From the NCBI GenBank assembly GCA_028866995.1, contig JAGWHD010000001.1:337030-401029 (forward strand): a stretch of DNA of 64,000 nt. Direction: 5' to 3'. The translations under genes were made by a program, and so were the position numbers. The notes beneath the pieces were generated by a model. It was not told the origin of the DNA. It ran no database searches and worked only from the letters and a program-made list of their open reading frames with translations. The stretch comes from Candidatus Micrarchaeota archaeon (GTDB taxonomy: Archaea; Micrarchaeota; Micrarchaeia; Micrarchaeales; CABMGC01). Every line of letters starts with the position of its first letter. The stretch's first letter is position 1. Below are positions 43,177-50,751 of this stretch, piece after piece.

Positions 43177-45429
43177 TCAGTCCCTTATCCCGTTCGGGGT
43201 TATCTTCATGACAGCTTCCCCCTCGGGCATGTTTGGCGAGTCCACGAGCCTGACTATCCTCTTGTCCTCCTTCGACTTCCTCATGTAGAGCCTTGTTGTC
43301 GCCGCGTGCGCTATGATGTTGCCGCCGACAGGCGTTGTCGGATCGCCGAAAAGTATGCCTGGGTTCTCCATGACCTGGTTGGTGACGTACACTGCAAGCA
43401 TGTGCGTGTCAGCAAGCTGCTGCATCTTGTGTATGTGCTGGTTGAGCTTCTGCTGCCTCTCCGCGAGCGCGCCCCTTCCCACGAACTCGCTCCTGAATAG
43501 GTTCATTATCGAGTCCACGATTATCAGCTTGACGTTGTGCTCCCTGATGAGCTTGTCGGCCCTCTCGAGCGCGAGCACCTGCTGCTCTGTGTTGTAGGCC
43601 CTGACAACGAGTATGTTATCCAGCACCTTCTGCGGGTCCATGTTGCTTGCCTTGGCTATCTGCTCTATCCTGTCAGGCCTGAAGGTATTATGTAGGAAAA
43701 CGCCACCGTAGCCTCCTATGAAGTTTTCTATCTTTTTACCGGGCATGACCTCAAAATCGTAACAGACTTCCTCTGAAACTTCTTCTATAGACACGACTTT
43801 GTCGAACCATATGTCGCTATCAATTAGCTTTTTAAGCTTCGAAACAGATGGCGTTTCATTGAGAGGATTTAGCAGCCGCTTAAGTTTGCTTCTACTTACG
43901 GATTTGACTATGCCTGTTTCTATCTGTGAAACCGGAGCTACTGTATTGCCTGTTGTTATGCCATACTGTGTCGCCCCGTTTTCTTTTCTTGCTTTCTTGA
44001 GAAGGCGGCCTATCTGTAGGCAGTTGTTTGGCAGGAGTTGTAGGTTCCTGTCTTTCTTCGTATCTACAGCCCAATGAATGTTGTATGTCTGGCTTGGCCC
44101 GCCCTTTGAGTGCACGCCTTCCCTGAATATTTGCTGGTTCCTAGCAGGCACGCGGAAAGACGCCATTAGGTAGAGTAGGTCATTAGCTAGAAATCTGCTC
44201 GCAGTATCGGCATTTTGGGTGTTATTGGGCTTGTTCAGGCTGCCGTCTCCAATCAGGTAGCCGTTGAGGAAGCTGTTTTGGGATGTGGTTGTCGAATTGA
44301 GTATAAATTCCGGCACCCTTTTGGTATGCGAGTTATATGGTGAGAACTGGTAGCATGCTTTCAGCTCTTCTGTTAGCTCTTTGGAATAAATCCTATAATC
44401 CATTTTGTTCCTATGGTACCTTAAACCTCTTTTCTTTGTGAAATTTTGGACTATTTTCTCTACTTTTGGGTTATCTTTCTGGGTGATAATTGTAAGGTAA
44501 TGCCCAGTCTTGTATCTATCGTCCGGTATCATGCTGCCTTCGGCAACATACAGACCGAAGAATTCGGCTTCCTCGTCGGATATGTCATTTTTGTGTGTCG
44601 CGTTTGGGATAAAGGCAGGAACCGCTACGAAGTCTTTTTCTTTGATATCCTTAAGGTAAGTTGGGGCCAAGTCTCCCTCCTTGTCTAGTGTGAAGAAGTT
44701 GTGATATTCGGTAGTCTTGACCTCTCTGCCGCTCGCGAGCTTGATTCTGAATATCTTTTTAATAGGATGCTTTATGAAACCGGTTATGTCGAATCGGTCT
44801 ACCTTAAGTGTTTGGGGGTCAAATGAGACCGCCCGAATCCTCCTTGGGTTCTCCGATACGGATATGCTGCCGTTTATGTCTTTGGCTTCTTTTGCATCCG
44901 TTATTGCTCGTTCTACAACTTCGCCGATCTTCTCGAAACGCAGCTTTCCGTCTATTTCTAATAGAACCGTTTCCTCGTAAGGCAGGCTGCCCTCCGTGTC
45001 TATGAACAGGGTGCTGCCGTCAAGGCCCCCCTCGCTTATCGGCAGCTGGGCGTTGACCGCTATCTGGAACCCCAGCTGCGTCTTTCCTGAGGCGAACTTC
45101 CCATACGCCTCTGTTATGGCATTGGTCTCTACGCCCCCTCCAAGCAGCTCGTCAAGGCTCTTGGAACCCGTCTTGATCCTGCCCAGGGCCTTCCTCGTCT
45201 CGTAGATCTTGGAGCCTGATTCGAATTCAAGGGTCGTGGCCTGCTTTGCGGCGTCGACCGCCTTCTTGGCGTTCTCGACGCTGATCCCTGATACCTCTGC
45301 TATCTCGTGCGGCGATGATGTGGCTATCTTCTCTATGCTGTCGTAGCCCTTCTCCTTCAGCTTCTCAGCCGATGCCGGTCCGACCCCCGGAAGGTCCTCA
45401 AGAGACTTTAACCCCTTCTCCTTCGCCAC
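43177..45429 (-). CDS. radA: RadA recombinase interrupted by an intein
   Basis: 750 aa, GTG start. N-terminal HhH (LEDLPGVGPASAEKL), Walker A GKFASGKTQ, FIDTEG | intein | TFRPDRI, Walker B LIIVDS. Exteins sum to 316 aa. Confidence 0.93.
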   Translation of the reverse strand: MAKEKGLKSLEDLPGVGPASAEKLKEKGYDSIEKIATSSPHEIAEVSGISVENAKKAVDAAKQATTLEFESGSKIYETRKALGRIKTGSKSLDELLGGGVETNAITEAYGKFASGKTQLGFQIAVNAQLPISEGGLDGSTLFIDTEGSLPYEETVLLEIDGKLRFEKIGEVVERAITDAKEAKDINGSISVSENPRRIRAVSFDPQTLKVDRFDITGFIKHPIKKIFRIKLASGREVKTTEYHNFFTLDKEGDLAPTYLKDIKEKDFVAVPAFIPNATHKNDISDEEAEFFGLYVAEGSMIPDDRYKTGHYLTIITQKDNPKVEKIVQNFTKKRGLRYHRNKMDYRIYSKELTEELKACYQFSPYNSHTKRVPEFILNSTTTSQNSFLNGYLIGDGSLNKPNNTQNADTASRFLANDLLYLMASFRVPARNQQIFREGVHSKGGPSQTYNIHWAVDTKKDRNLQLLPNNCLQIGRLLKKARKENGATQYGITTGNTVAPVSQIETGIVKSVSRSKLKRLLNPLNETPSVSKLKKLIDSDIWFDKVVSIEEVSEEVCYDFEVMPGKKIENFIGGYGGVFLHNTFRPDRIEQIAKASNMDPQKVLDNILVVRAYNTEQQVLALERADKLIREHNVKLIIVDSIMNLFRSEFVGRGALAERQQKLNQHIHKMQQLADTHMLAVYVTNQVMENPGILFGDPTTPVGGNIIAHAATTRLYMRKSKEDKRIVRLVDSPNMPEGEAVMKITPNGIRD
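43687..44988 (-). mobile_element. Intein (434 aa) with LAGLIDADG homing-endonuclease domain
   Basis: Starts SLPYEETVLL (Ser1). Block B TTEYH. LAGLIDADG motifs FFGLYVAEGS and FLNGYLIGDGS. Ends VFLHN followed by Thr+1. The segment looks more AT-rich than the flanking radA exteins by eye. Confidence 0.88.
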
Positions 45430-45565
45430 GAAAATCCCTAATACTATATTATAATGTTGTAATGCGCGTTCAGTTTGAGAAGATTAGATGCGTAATGAGT
45501 TATGCAGGAATAAGGATATAAACATTCTGTTGGCTAATGCTTCTACGTTGGATAAAAAGGAAGAG

Positions 45566-45593
45566 GCCAGCGAACGTGTAAACACGCGCTGGC
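45566..45593 (-). other. Orphan GC-rich hairpin followed (minus strand) by a U-tract
   Basis: GCCAGCG...CGCTGGC (7 bp) plus an inner CGTG/CACG. The minus-strand continuation is CTCTTCCTTTTTATCC. Lies in the 270-nt radA/DUF92 divergent spacer. Confidence 0.3.
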
Positions 45594-45699
45594 AAGGCGA
45601 CCAGTTACTCCTCCTATGATAGAGAACTCGTAATCAGATATGGTTTAAGCAAGTTTAAAAGGGTTTCTAAATAGTGGAATTTTTCATAAACATGGTTGT

Positions 45700-46353
45700 A
45701 TGGTTGGCTTATTGACACTTGATTCAAGGGGCATAATAGCGGCATTTGTCCTTGGAATCCTGATATTCCTGCTGGGTGGGGCGTACGGTCCGTTCTTCAT
45801 ACTCGTCATTCTTACCTTCCTTGTCATATCGGCGCTTGTGACGCTCGCCGGAAGGAGGAAAAAGATAGCCATGGCTAGCTACAGGGAGATGCGCGGCTGG
45901 AGGAACGTAGCCGCGAACGGGATGGTGCCGCTGCTTGCGGCCATTGCCTACGCTGTCGGGTCTACCGGCAGCTATGCGCACGTCTTCGTGGTTGTATACG
46001 TGGCCAGCGTTGCTGCTGCGGCAGCTGACAAGTTCGGCAGCGAGCTCGGGGTTCTGGACGGGCAGCCGGTATCGATAGTCACCTTCAGGAAGGCGAAAAG
46101 AGGCTCCTCGGGTGCGGTGAGCGCGTTCGGCCTTCTAATGAGCCTTGCCGCGTCTGTCATAATAGCCTTGTTCGTGTTCCTGATAGGCCTCGGTTTCTAT
46201 GATTTCGCGGTCGTGGTGGTGGCCGGCTTCGTCGGCTCTGTCGTTGATTCGCTATTCGGCCATTTCGAGGAGAAGGGAATAGGCGACAAGTACACCACAA
46301 ATGTCATGTGCGCGGCCGCAGCATTCATAGTCGCGTTCTTCATGCTCATATGA
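45700..46353 (+). CDS. DUF92/TMEM19-family integral membrane protein
   Basis: 217 aa, ~6 TM. AAAADKFGSELG and SSGAVSAFG motifs. Confidence 0.7.
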   Translation: MVGLLTLDSRGIIAAFVLGILIFLLGGAYGPFFILVILTFLVISALVTLAGRRKKIAMASYREMRGWRNVAANGMVPLLAAIAYAVGSTGSYAHVFVVVYVASVAAAAADKFGSELGVLDGQPVSIVTFRKAKRGSSGAVSAFGLLMSLAASVIIALFVFLIGLGFYDFAVVVVAGFVGSVVDSLFGHFEEKGIGDKYTTNVMCAAAAFIVAFFMLI

Positions 46354-47281
46354 AAGTGAGCCAGTTCGTGAACTCCTTGTTCTCCCCAGTGACTATGTCG
46401 AAGTACTTATTCATGAGGAGGGTAGTTATCGGCCCCGGCTTCCCTGCGCCTATCTTCCTGGAGTCGATGCTCACTATCGGGGTGACCTCCGCGGCGGTTC
46501 CTGTGAAGAACGCCTCGTCGCACATGTAGAGCTCCTCCTTGTGGACCTCCCTCTCCTCGACCTCTATCCCTATGTTCTCTGCTATCTTTATCACTGAGTC
46601 CCTCGTAATGCCAAGGAGTATGTCCGACGCCTTCGACGGAGTTACCAGCACGTTGTCCTCAACTATGAATATGTTCTCTCCTGGGCCCTCTGCAACATAT
46701 CCTCTTGTGTCTGCAAGTATCGCCTCATCGTATCCCGACCTCTTTGCTACGGTCGATGCGAGTATCGAGTTTATGTAGTTGCCGCTTGCCTTGGCCTGAG
46801 GCGGTACCGATGTGGAGTTTATCCTCTGCCATGGGGATATGGCGCATCTTATGCCCTTGTTCCTGTCCTTGAAGTACTTGCCGAACGGCACGTTCGCTAT
46901 GGCAATGCTTACCTTCTTGCCCGTTGTCTCGATACCTATCTGCGTGTCGTTGTAGAATGCGAACGGCCTTATGTATGATGTTCCGTAGTTGTTCTTCTTG
47001 ACAACCCCGACTATCGCGTTCTCCAGCGTCGTCTGCGTATACCTGAAATCCATCATGTACACGCTTGCGGTTCTGTAGAACCTCTTTACGTGGTCCTTGA
47101 GCCTGAATATCGCCGTGCCGTTGGCTGTCTCGTAGGCCCTTATCCCCTCGAAGATCCCGCTGCCGTACTGGAGCGAGTGCGTCAGTATGTTGACCTTCGC
47201 GTTGTCAGCGTCCACGAACTTGCCATCGAGCCACATCTGTTGCTTAGCCATTTTCCCACTTATGATCTTAATTTGTTGCAT
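46346..47281 (-). CDS. ilvE: Branched-chain amino acid aminotransferase (fold type IV)
   Basis: 311 aa. LQYGSGIFEGIRAY, E.NIF.V, GITR patterns. Confidence 0.9.
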   Translation of the reverse strand: MQQIKIISGKMAKQQMWLDGKFVDADNAKVNILTHSLQYGSGIFEGIRAYETANGTAIFRLKDHVKRFYRTASVYMMDFRYTQTTLENAIVGVVKKNNYGTSYIRPFAFYNDTQIGIETTGKKVSIAIANVPFGKYFKDRNKGIRCAISPWQRINSTSVPPQAKASGNYINSILASTVAKRSGYDEAILADTRGYVAEGPGENIFIVEDNVLVTPSKASDILLGITRDSVIKIAENIGIEVEEREVHKEELYMCDEAFFTGTAAEVTPIVSIDSRKIGAGKPGPITTLLMNKYFDIVTGENKEFTNWLTFI

Positions 47282-47306
47282 TAGATTTATTTGTTGTTCG
47301 TTGGGT

Positions 47307-47379
47307 TGCGCCAGCCGGGATTTGAACCCGGGTTATTGCCTTGGGAAGGCAAAGTCCTACCAGGCTAGACTACTGGCGC
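47307..47379 (-). tRNA. tRNA-Gly (anticodon CCC)
   Basis: Acceptor GCGCCAG/CTGGCGC, anticodon stem TTGCC/GGCAA, loop TTCCCAA, T-arm CCGGG-TTCAAAT-CCCGG, discriminator A. 73 nt. Confidence 0.9.
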
Positions 47380-47409
47380 ATTGCGCGTTAAGGATTTGGC
47401 CAGGAAACT

Positions 47410-48165
47410 TTATCTTATGTATGTAAGGTTCTCCTTGCTCTGAGGGGGGAACTCGTGGGCCTTCTGCGCGTCCTCTACCTCCTTTATCAGCCTCTCTGTC
47501 TCCTTCTTTATCTTGTCTATGTTGTCGAGGCTTATCTCTATTCCGAGCAGTTTCTTCAGCACGTCGAGGACGGCCTTTGCCGCGGTCGCGTCTATCTCCA
47601 GCATTGCGGTCTCGCCCATAAGGCATGCGCCCTCCAACCCGTTCTTCCTTGCGAAAGCCGGGATCAGACCCGCTGAGCCCCATATGGTCCCTGCGGCCTT
47701 GCCGAATATGACGCCTTTTGACTTGAGTTCCTTCCTGAGGGCCTTGTTCGTGGCGACGCCGAACACCCTGGGATTGTGCACGAACTGCCCGCCAGCGTTG
47801 TATCCTCCAATTGTATAGATCCTCTTTCCTCCCAGCGACTTGAAGAACTTGACTATCATCTCGTTGACATCGTACTGCCCTTCCGGGGTTCCGGCCTGCG
47901 TATCGCCGAGGAGTATGACTATCGTGTTCTTCTTGTTCTCCTTGTAGTAGAACCTGTTGTTTATCAGGCGCATGCCGCCGTTCTTGAGCATTATGGTCTG
48001 GTGCAGGAAGTGCGGCGAGTTGAGGGTGGCGAAGCGCTTCGCGCCAAGGGAGTCGCGCACGTGCTCGCACACGAGGCTTCCCACGTTGCCTATCCCAGGA
48101 AGGCCGACTATCATTATCGGGCTCTTCATCTTCGTCTTCTTATAGTATATCTTGGTGCCTTTCAT
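47410..48165 (-). CDS. PAC2-family proteasome assembly chaperone-like protein
   Basis: 251 aa. IVGLPGIGNVGSLVCEHV N-terminal pattern. Conserved position after aIF2-alpha. Confidence 0.8.
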   Translation of the reverse strand: MKGTKIYYKKTKMKSPIMIVGLPGIGNVGSLVCEHVRDSLGAKRFATLNSPHFLHQTIMLKNGGMRLINNRFYYKENKKNTIVILLGDTQAGTPEGQYDVNEMIVKFFKSLGGKRIYTIGGYNAGGQFVHNPRVFGVATNKALRKELKSKGVIFGKAAGTIWGSAGLIPAFARKNGLEGACLMGETAMLEIDATAAKAVLDVLKKLLGIEISLDNIDKIKKETERLIKEVEDAQKAHEFPPQSKENLTYIR

Positions 48166-48927
48166 CTACTGCGCCTTTACCATCTCCCTGTGGAATGCGT
48201 GCTGCTTGTCCAGGCTTTCAAGGAGCCTTTCGCTATCCTTTATCTTTGCCTCTGCCTTGGGATAGCTGCTGTCTGTGGATATCAACTTATAGTGCGGCGC
48301 GCCCAGGTAAAGGACCTCTACTCCTGAACTTTCCACCTGCGCCAGCATCTCCTTGATCTTCCTGGCCCCGTACTTCGGGTCTGTCGAGCGCATCTCCATG
48401 TTGTATGCGACGGTGTAGCTCTTCGGCTTTATCGTCTTGAATACGAGGTCGTAGAGCGCCTGCTTGAACGCGTTGTCCCTGAAGCTCGCCAGCGGATCCT
48501 TGCCCTCGAATATGTCGTTGACCAGCTCCGTGTACGTCGGTATTGTCCTTGATATCTCTGCCCTTATGGCGTCTGCCTCTGTTGCCTTCCCAGACGTCTC
48601 TATCGCCTTGGTGAATATCCCTTGGGATCTCTTCTCGAAGTTGTAGTCGTCTATCTTGGTCTTCTTGTCCTTCGTCGTCGCCTTCTTGAGCGACACGTCC
48701 ACGGCCCTCTTTGCCTGGTCGACGAAGATGACCTTTGCGACCTCCTGCTGGCCCTCCTTTATGAACTCGTGTATGTTCTTTATCCATCCTGAGGCGACTT
48801 CGGCTATCGGAAGATACGCGTCAAGGTTGTACTCGACCAGCCTGCAGTATGCACCGTGCGGCATGATCTTCGTCATCTTCACTATTACGAACTCCCCGTT
48901 GTCTGGGAGCTCTTTCTGCAGTATCAT
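48166..48927 (-). CDS. eif2a: Translation initiation factor aIF2 alpha subunit
   Basis: 253 aa. S1 domain GEFVIVKMTKIMPHGAYCRLVEY...LPIAEVASGWIKNI. Confidence 0.93.
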   Translation of the reverse strand: MILQKELPDNGEFVIVKMTKIMPHGAYCRLVEYNLDAYLPIAEVASGWIKNIHEFIKEGQQEVAKVIFVDQAKRAVDVSLKKATTKDKKTKIDDYNFEKRSQGIFTKAIETSGKATEADAIRAEISRTIPTYTELVNDIFEGKDPLASFRDNAFKQALYDLVFKTIKPKSYTVAYNMEMRSTDPKYGARKIKEMLAQVESSGVEVLYLGAPHYKLISTDSSYPKAEAKIKDSERLLESLDKQHAFHREMVKAQ

Positions 48928-48931
48928 TTTT

Positions 48932-49213
48932 CTACCTACTTATCTCGAGCTTCTTCTTCGTTCTCTTGCCGACGACCTTCTCCGTGATCTTCTTGCACAC
49001 GGAGCACTGCATCATGACCTTCTGCTTCCTTCCGACCTTCTTCGGATGTATCTTGGGCTCTACGCTGCCCACGTATCCTCTGATTGCCCTGTTGTGCCTT
49101 CTGGTGCCCACGCTGAGTCCGGATGTCGGCTTCTTGGAGTACAGCTTTAGCGTGTGCTTCGTGTGCTTGTTGCAGAACCTGCAGTATGCGTTGACCTCCT
49201 TTGCTATTTTCAT
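48932..49213 (-). CDS. rpl44e: 50S ribosomal protein eL42 (L44e)
   Basis: 93 aa. C..C (CRFCNKHTKH) ... C..C (CSVCKK) zinc ribbon. Lys-rich. Confidence 0.9.
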   Translation of the reverse strand: MKIAKEVNAYCRFCNKHTKHTLKLYSKKPTSGLSVGTRRHNRAIRGYVGSVEPKIHPKKVGRKQKVMMQCSVCKKITEKVVGKRTKKKLEISR

Positions 49214-49659
49214 ATTATCTCGCCTATCTTGTTGTCGATTATGAACTTGACATCTTCGGTGTCGCCCATCTTCACTATCTCGTTCTGCTTGAACGGGCCA
49301 ATCTTGCTGCCCTTGGTCGTTATTATCTCAGGTATGTCGGCAGATATCCTTACTGTCGTCTGGTTTGTGGGCGCGCTGTCCTTCTTTAATATTCTCTTTA
49401 TCTGATTATATAAATCTTCTTCTTCAGTCGGTAAAGGGGCCGGAACCTGCTTTCCGTAGGCAATGTAAACCAGTATCTTCTGGACCCTCCTTTCCTTTAT
49501 GGCTTCGATTGTCTTGTTGAGGTTGTTCCTTTCCTGGTCGTCAGGGACCGAGGACGCAAGGCCGGCAATGCCAAGATAGAAATCGGCCTCGAGCGGTATT
49601 ATCTCTCCTGTCTTCTTCTCGTTCTTCAACACTTCAAAAACGCTTTCCCATGACCGCAA
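49210..49659 (-). CDS. GINS subunit (Gins51/Sld5-like)
   Basis: 149 aa. N-terminal L..E......L..DFY pattern. C-terminal VRISADIPEIITTKGSKIGPFKQNEIV...D..FII matches the archaeal GINS51 B-domain pattern. Confidence 0.6.
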   Translation of the reverse strand: MRSWESVFEVLKNEKKTGEIIPLEADFYLGIAGLASSVPDDQERNNLNKTIEAIKERRVQKILVYIAYGKQVPAPLPTEEEDLYNQIKRILKKDSAPTNQTTVRISADIPEIITTKGSKIGPFKQNEIVKMGDTEDVKFIIDNKIGEII

Positions 49660-49776
49660 AAGACCACCCCGCCGTTCCGCTATTATTTTCGGATTTTCAG
49701 AACTCTTTTATCTAAAAAGGTATTGTAATCATGTCATATATATAACAAACAGAACGATTAGTGGAATTGTGGGGTA

Positions 49777-49851
49777 TAGCGAGAAGAGGATTTGAACCTC
49801 CGATCTCCGGGTTATGAGCCCGGCGGGCACTCCAGGCTACCCTACCTCGCT
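49777..49851 (-). tRNA. Initiator tRNA-Met (anticodon CAT)
   Basis: A1:T72 first pair (AGCGAGG/TCTCGCT), three consecutive G:C pairs closing the anticodon stem (CCGGG-CTCATAA-CCCGG), T-arm GGAGG-TTCAAAT-CCTCT. 75 nt. Confidence 0.8.
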
Positions 49852-49892
49852 TCATTATCTTCTACGCTGTTAATAATATAAGGACTAGCGTC

Positions 49893-50570
49893 TCAGGCGG
49901 GTGCGCTTGCGAAAAGCGCCTGCACGCCCTGCCTGTCAAGAACATCAAGCTTCTTGCCGCACGCGCACTTGAAGTCCGCCTCGAACGCTGTGTCGAAGGG
50001 CAGCACCTCCTTCTCCTTGGGATAGCACTGCTTGCAGACAAAGTAGTCGTTGCAGTTCTCGGACAGCACGAACGCGGCCTCGTCCTTCACAACACCGAGT
50101 CCACCAACGAATTCGGCGAGCTTCTCCCCATCTATCCTCCATTTGAATATAAGCCAGCCTCTCCCGTCCTTGTTGACGTCGTATCTCAGAATGCTGTATC
50201 CGTTCATCACGTTGAGCATCCTCCTGACGTCGTTTATCTTAAGCCCCAACATCTCGGCGAGCTTCTCGTCCGTCTGCGGGCTCTCGGAAAGCAGCTTCAC
50301 TATGTCCATGGCCTCGTTGCCGACGTTCGCAGTTATGTACTTCGAGAACGACTGGTCATCTACGAGCAAACCAAGGTTCCTGAAGCTCTCCAAGACTGGC
50401 GCCTCGGCCTTGGCGGCCCTGCGCCTTCTCGTCGGTACCTGCGCGACCTTCCTAGCCCTCACCGTCTTCCTGTGGATGTGCTTGGCCTGGCTCCTCCTCT
50501 GGTGAACTTTACCCTTCTTGTGAGCATTTGGTCTCTTTACCTTGTTTTTCTTGGACACATAAATCGCCAT
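49893..50570 (-). CDS. tfe: Transcription factor E (TFE alpha) with ~65-aa highly basic N-terminal extension
   Basis: wH LGLKINDVRRMLNVM...RGWLIFKWR and Zn ribbon CKQC...FDTAFEADFKCACGKKL. ATG at 50570 (the track starts at TTG 50576). Confidence 0.88.
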   Translation of the reverse strand: MAIYVSKKNKVKRPNAHKKGKVHQRRSQAKHIHRKTVRARKVAQVPTRRRRAAKAEAPVLESFRNLGLLVDDQSFSKYITANVGNEAMDIVKLLSESPQTDEKLAEMLGLKINDVRRMLNVMNGYSILRYDVNKDGRGWLIFKWRIDGEKLAEFVGGLGVVKDEAAFVLSENCNDYFVCKQCYPKEKEVLPFDTAFEADFKCACGKKLDVLDRQGVQALFASAPA

Positions 50571-50676
50571 ATTCAAGATAGATAATGGGAATTTATATAT
50601 TTAAACATATCGAAACGTTGCAGTTTATGCCTTCGCTTTTGTTATTTTGTAATATATGCAAAAAGTTAACCATAAA

Positions 50677-50751
50677 CGGACCCGGTGGGATTTGAACCCA
50701 CGGCTTGCTGGTTAAGAGCCAGCCACTCTGACCAAGCTGAGTTACGGATCC
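50677..50751 (-). tRNA. tRNA-Lys (anticodon CTT)
   Basis: Acceptor GGATCCG/CGGGTCC, D-stem ACTC/GAGT, anticodon stem GCTGG/CCAGC, loop CTCTTAA, T-arm GTGGG-TTCAAAT-CCCAC, discriminator G. 75 nt. Confidence 0.9.
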
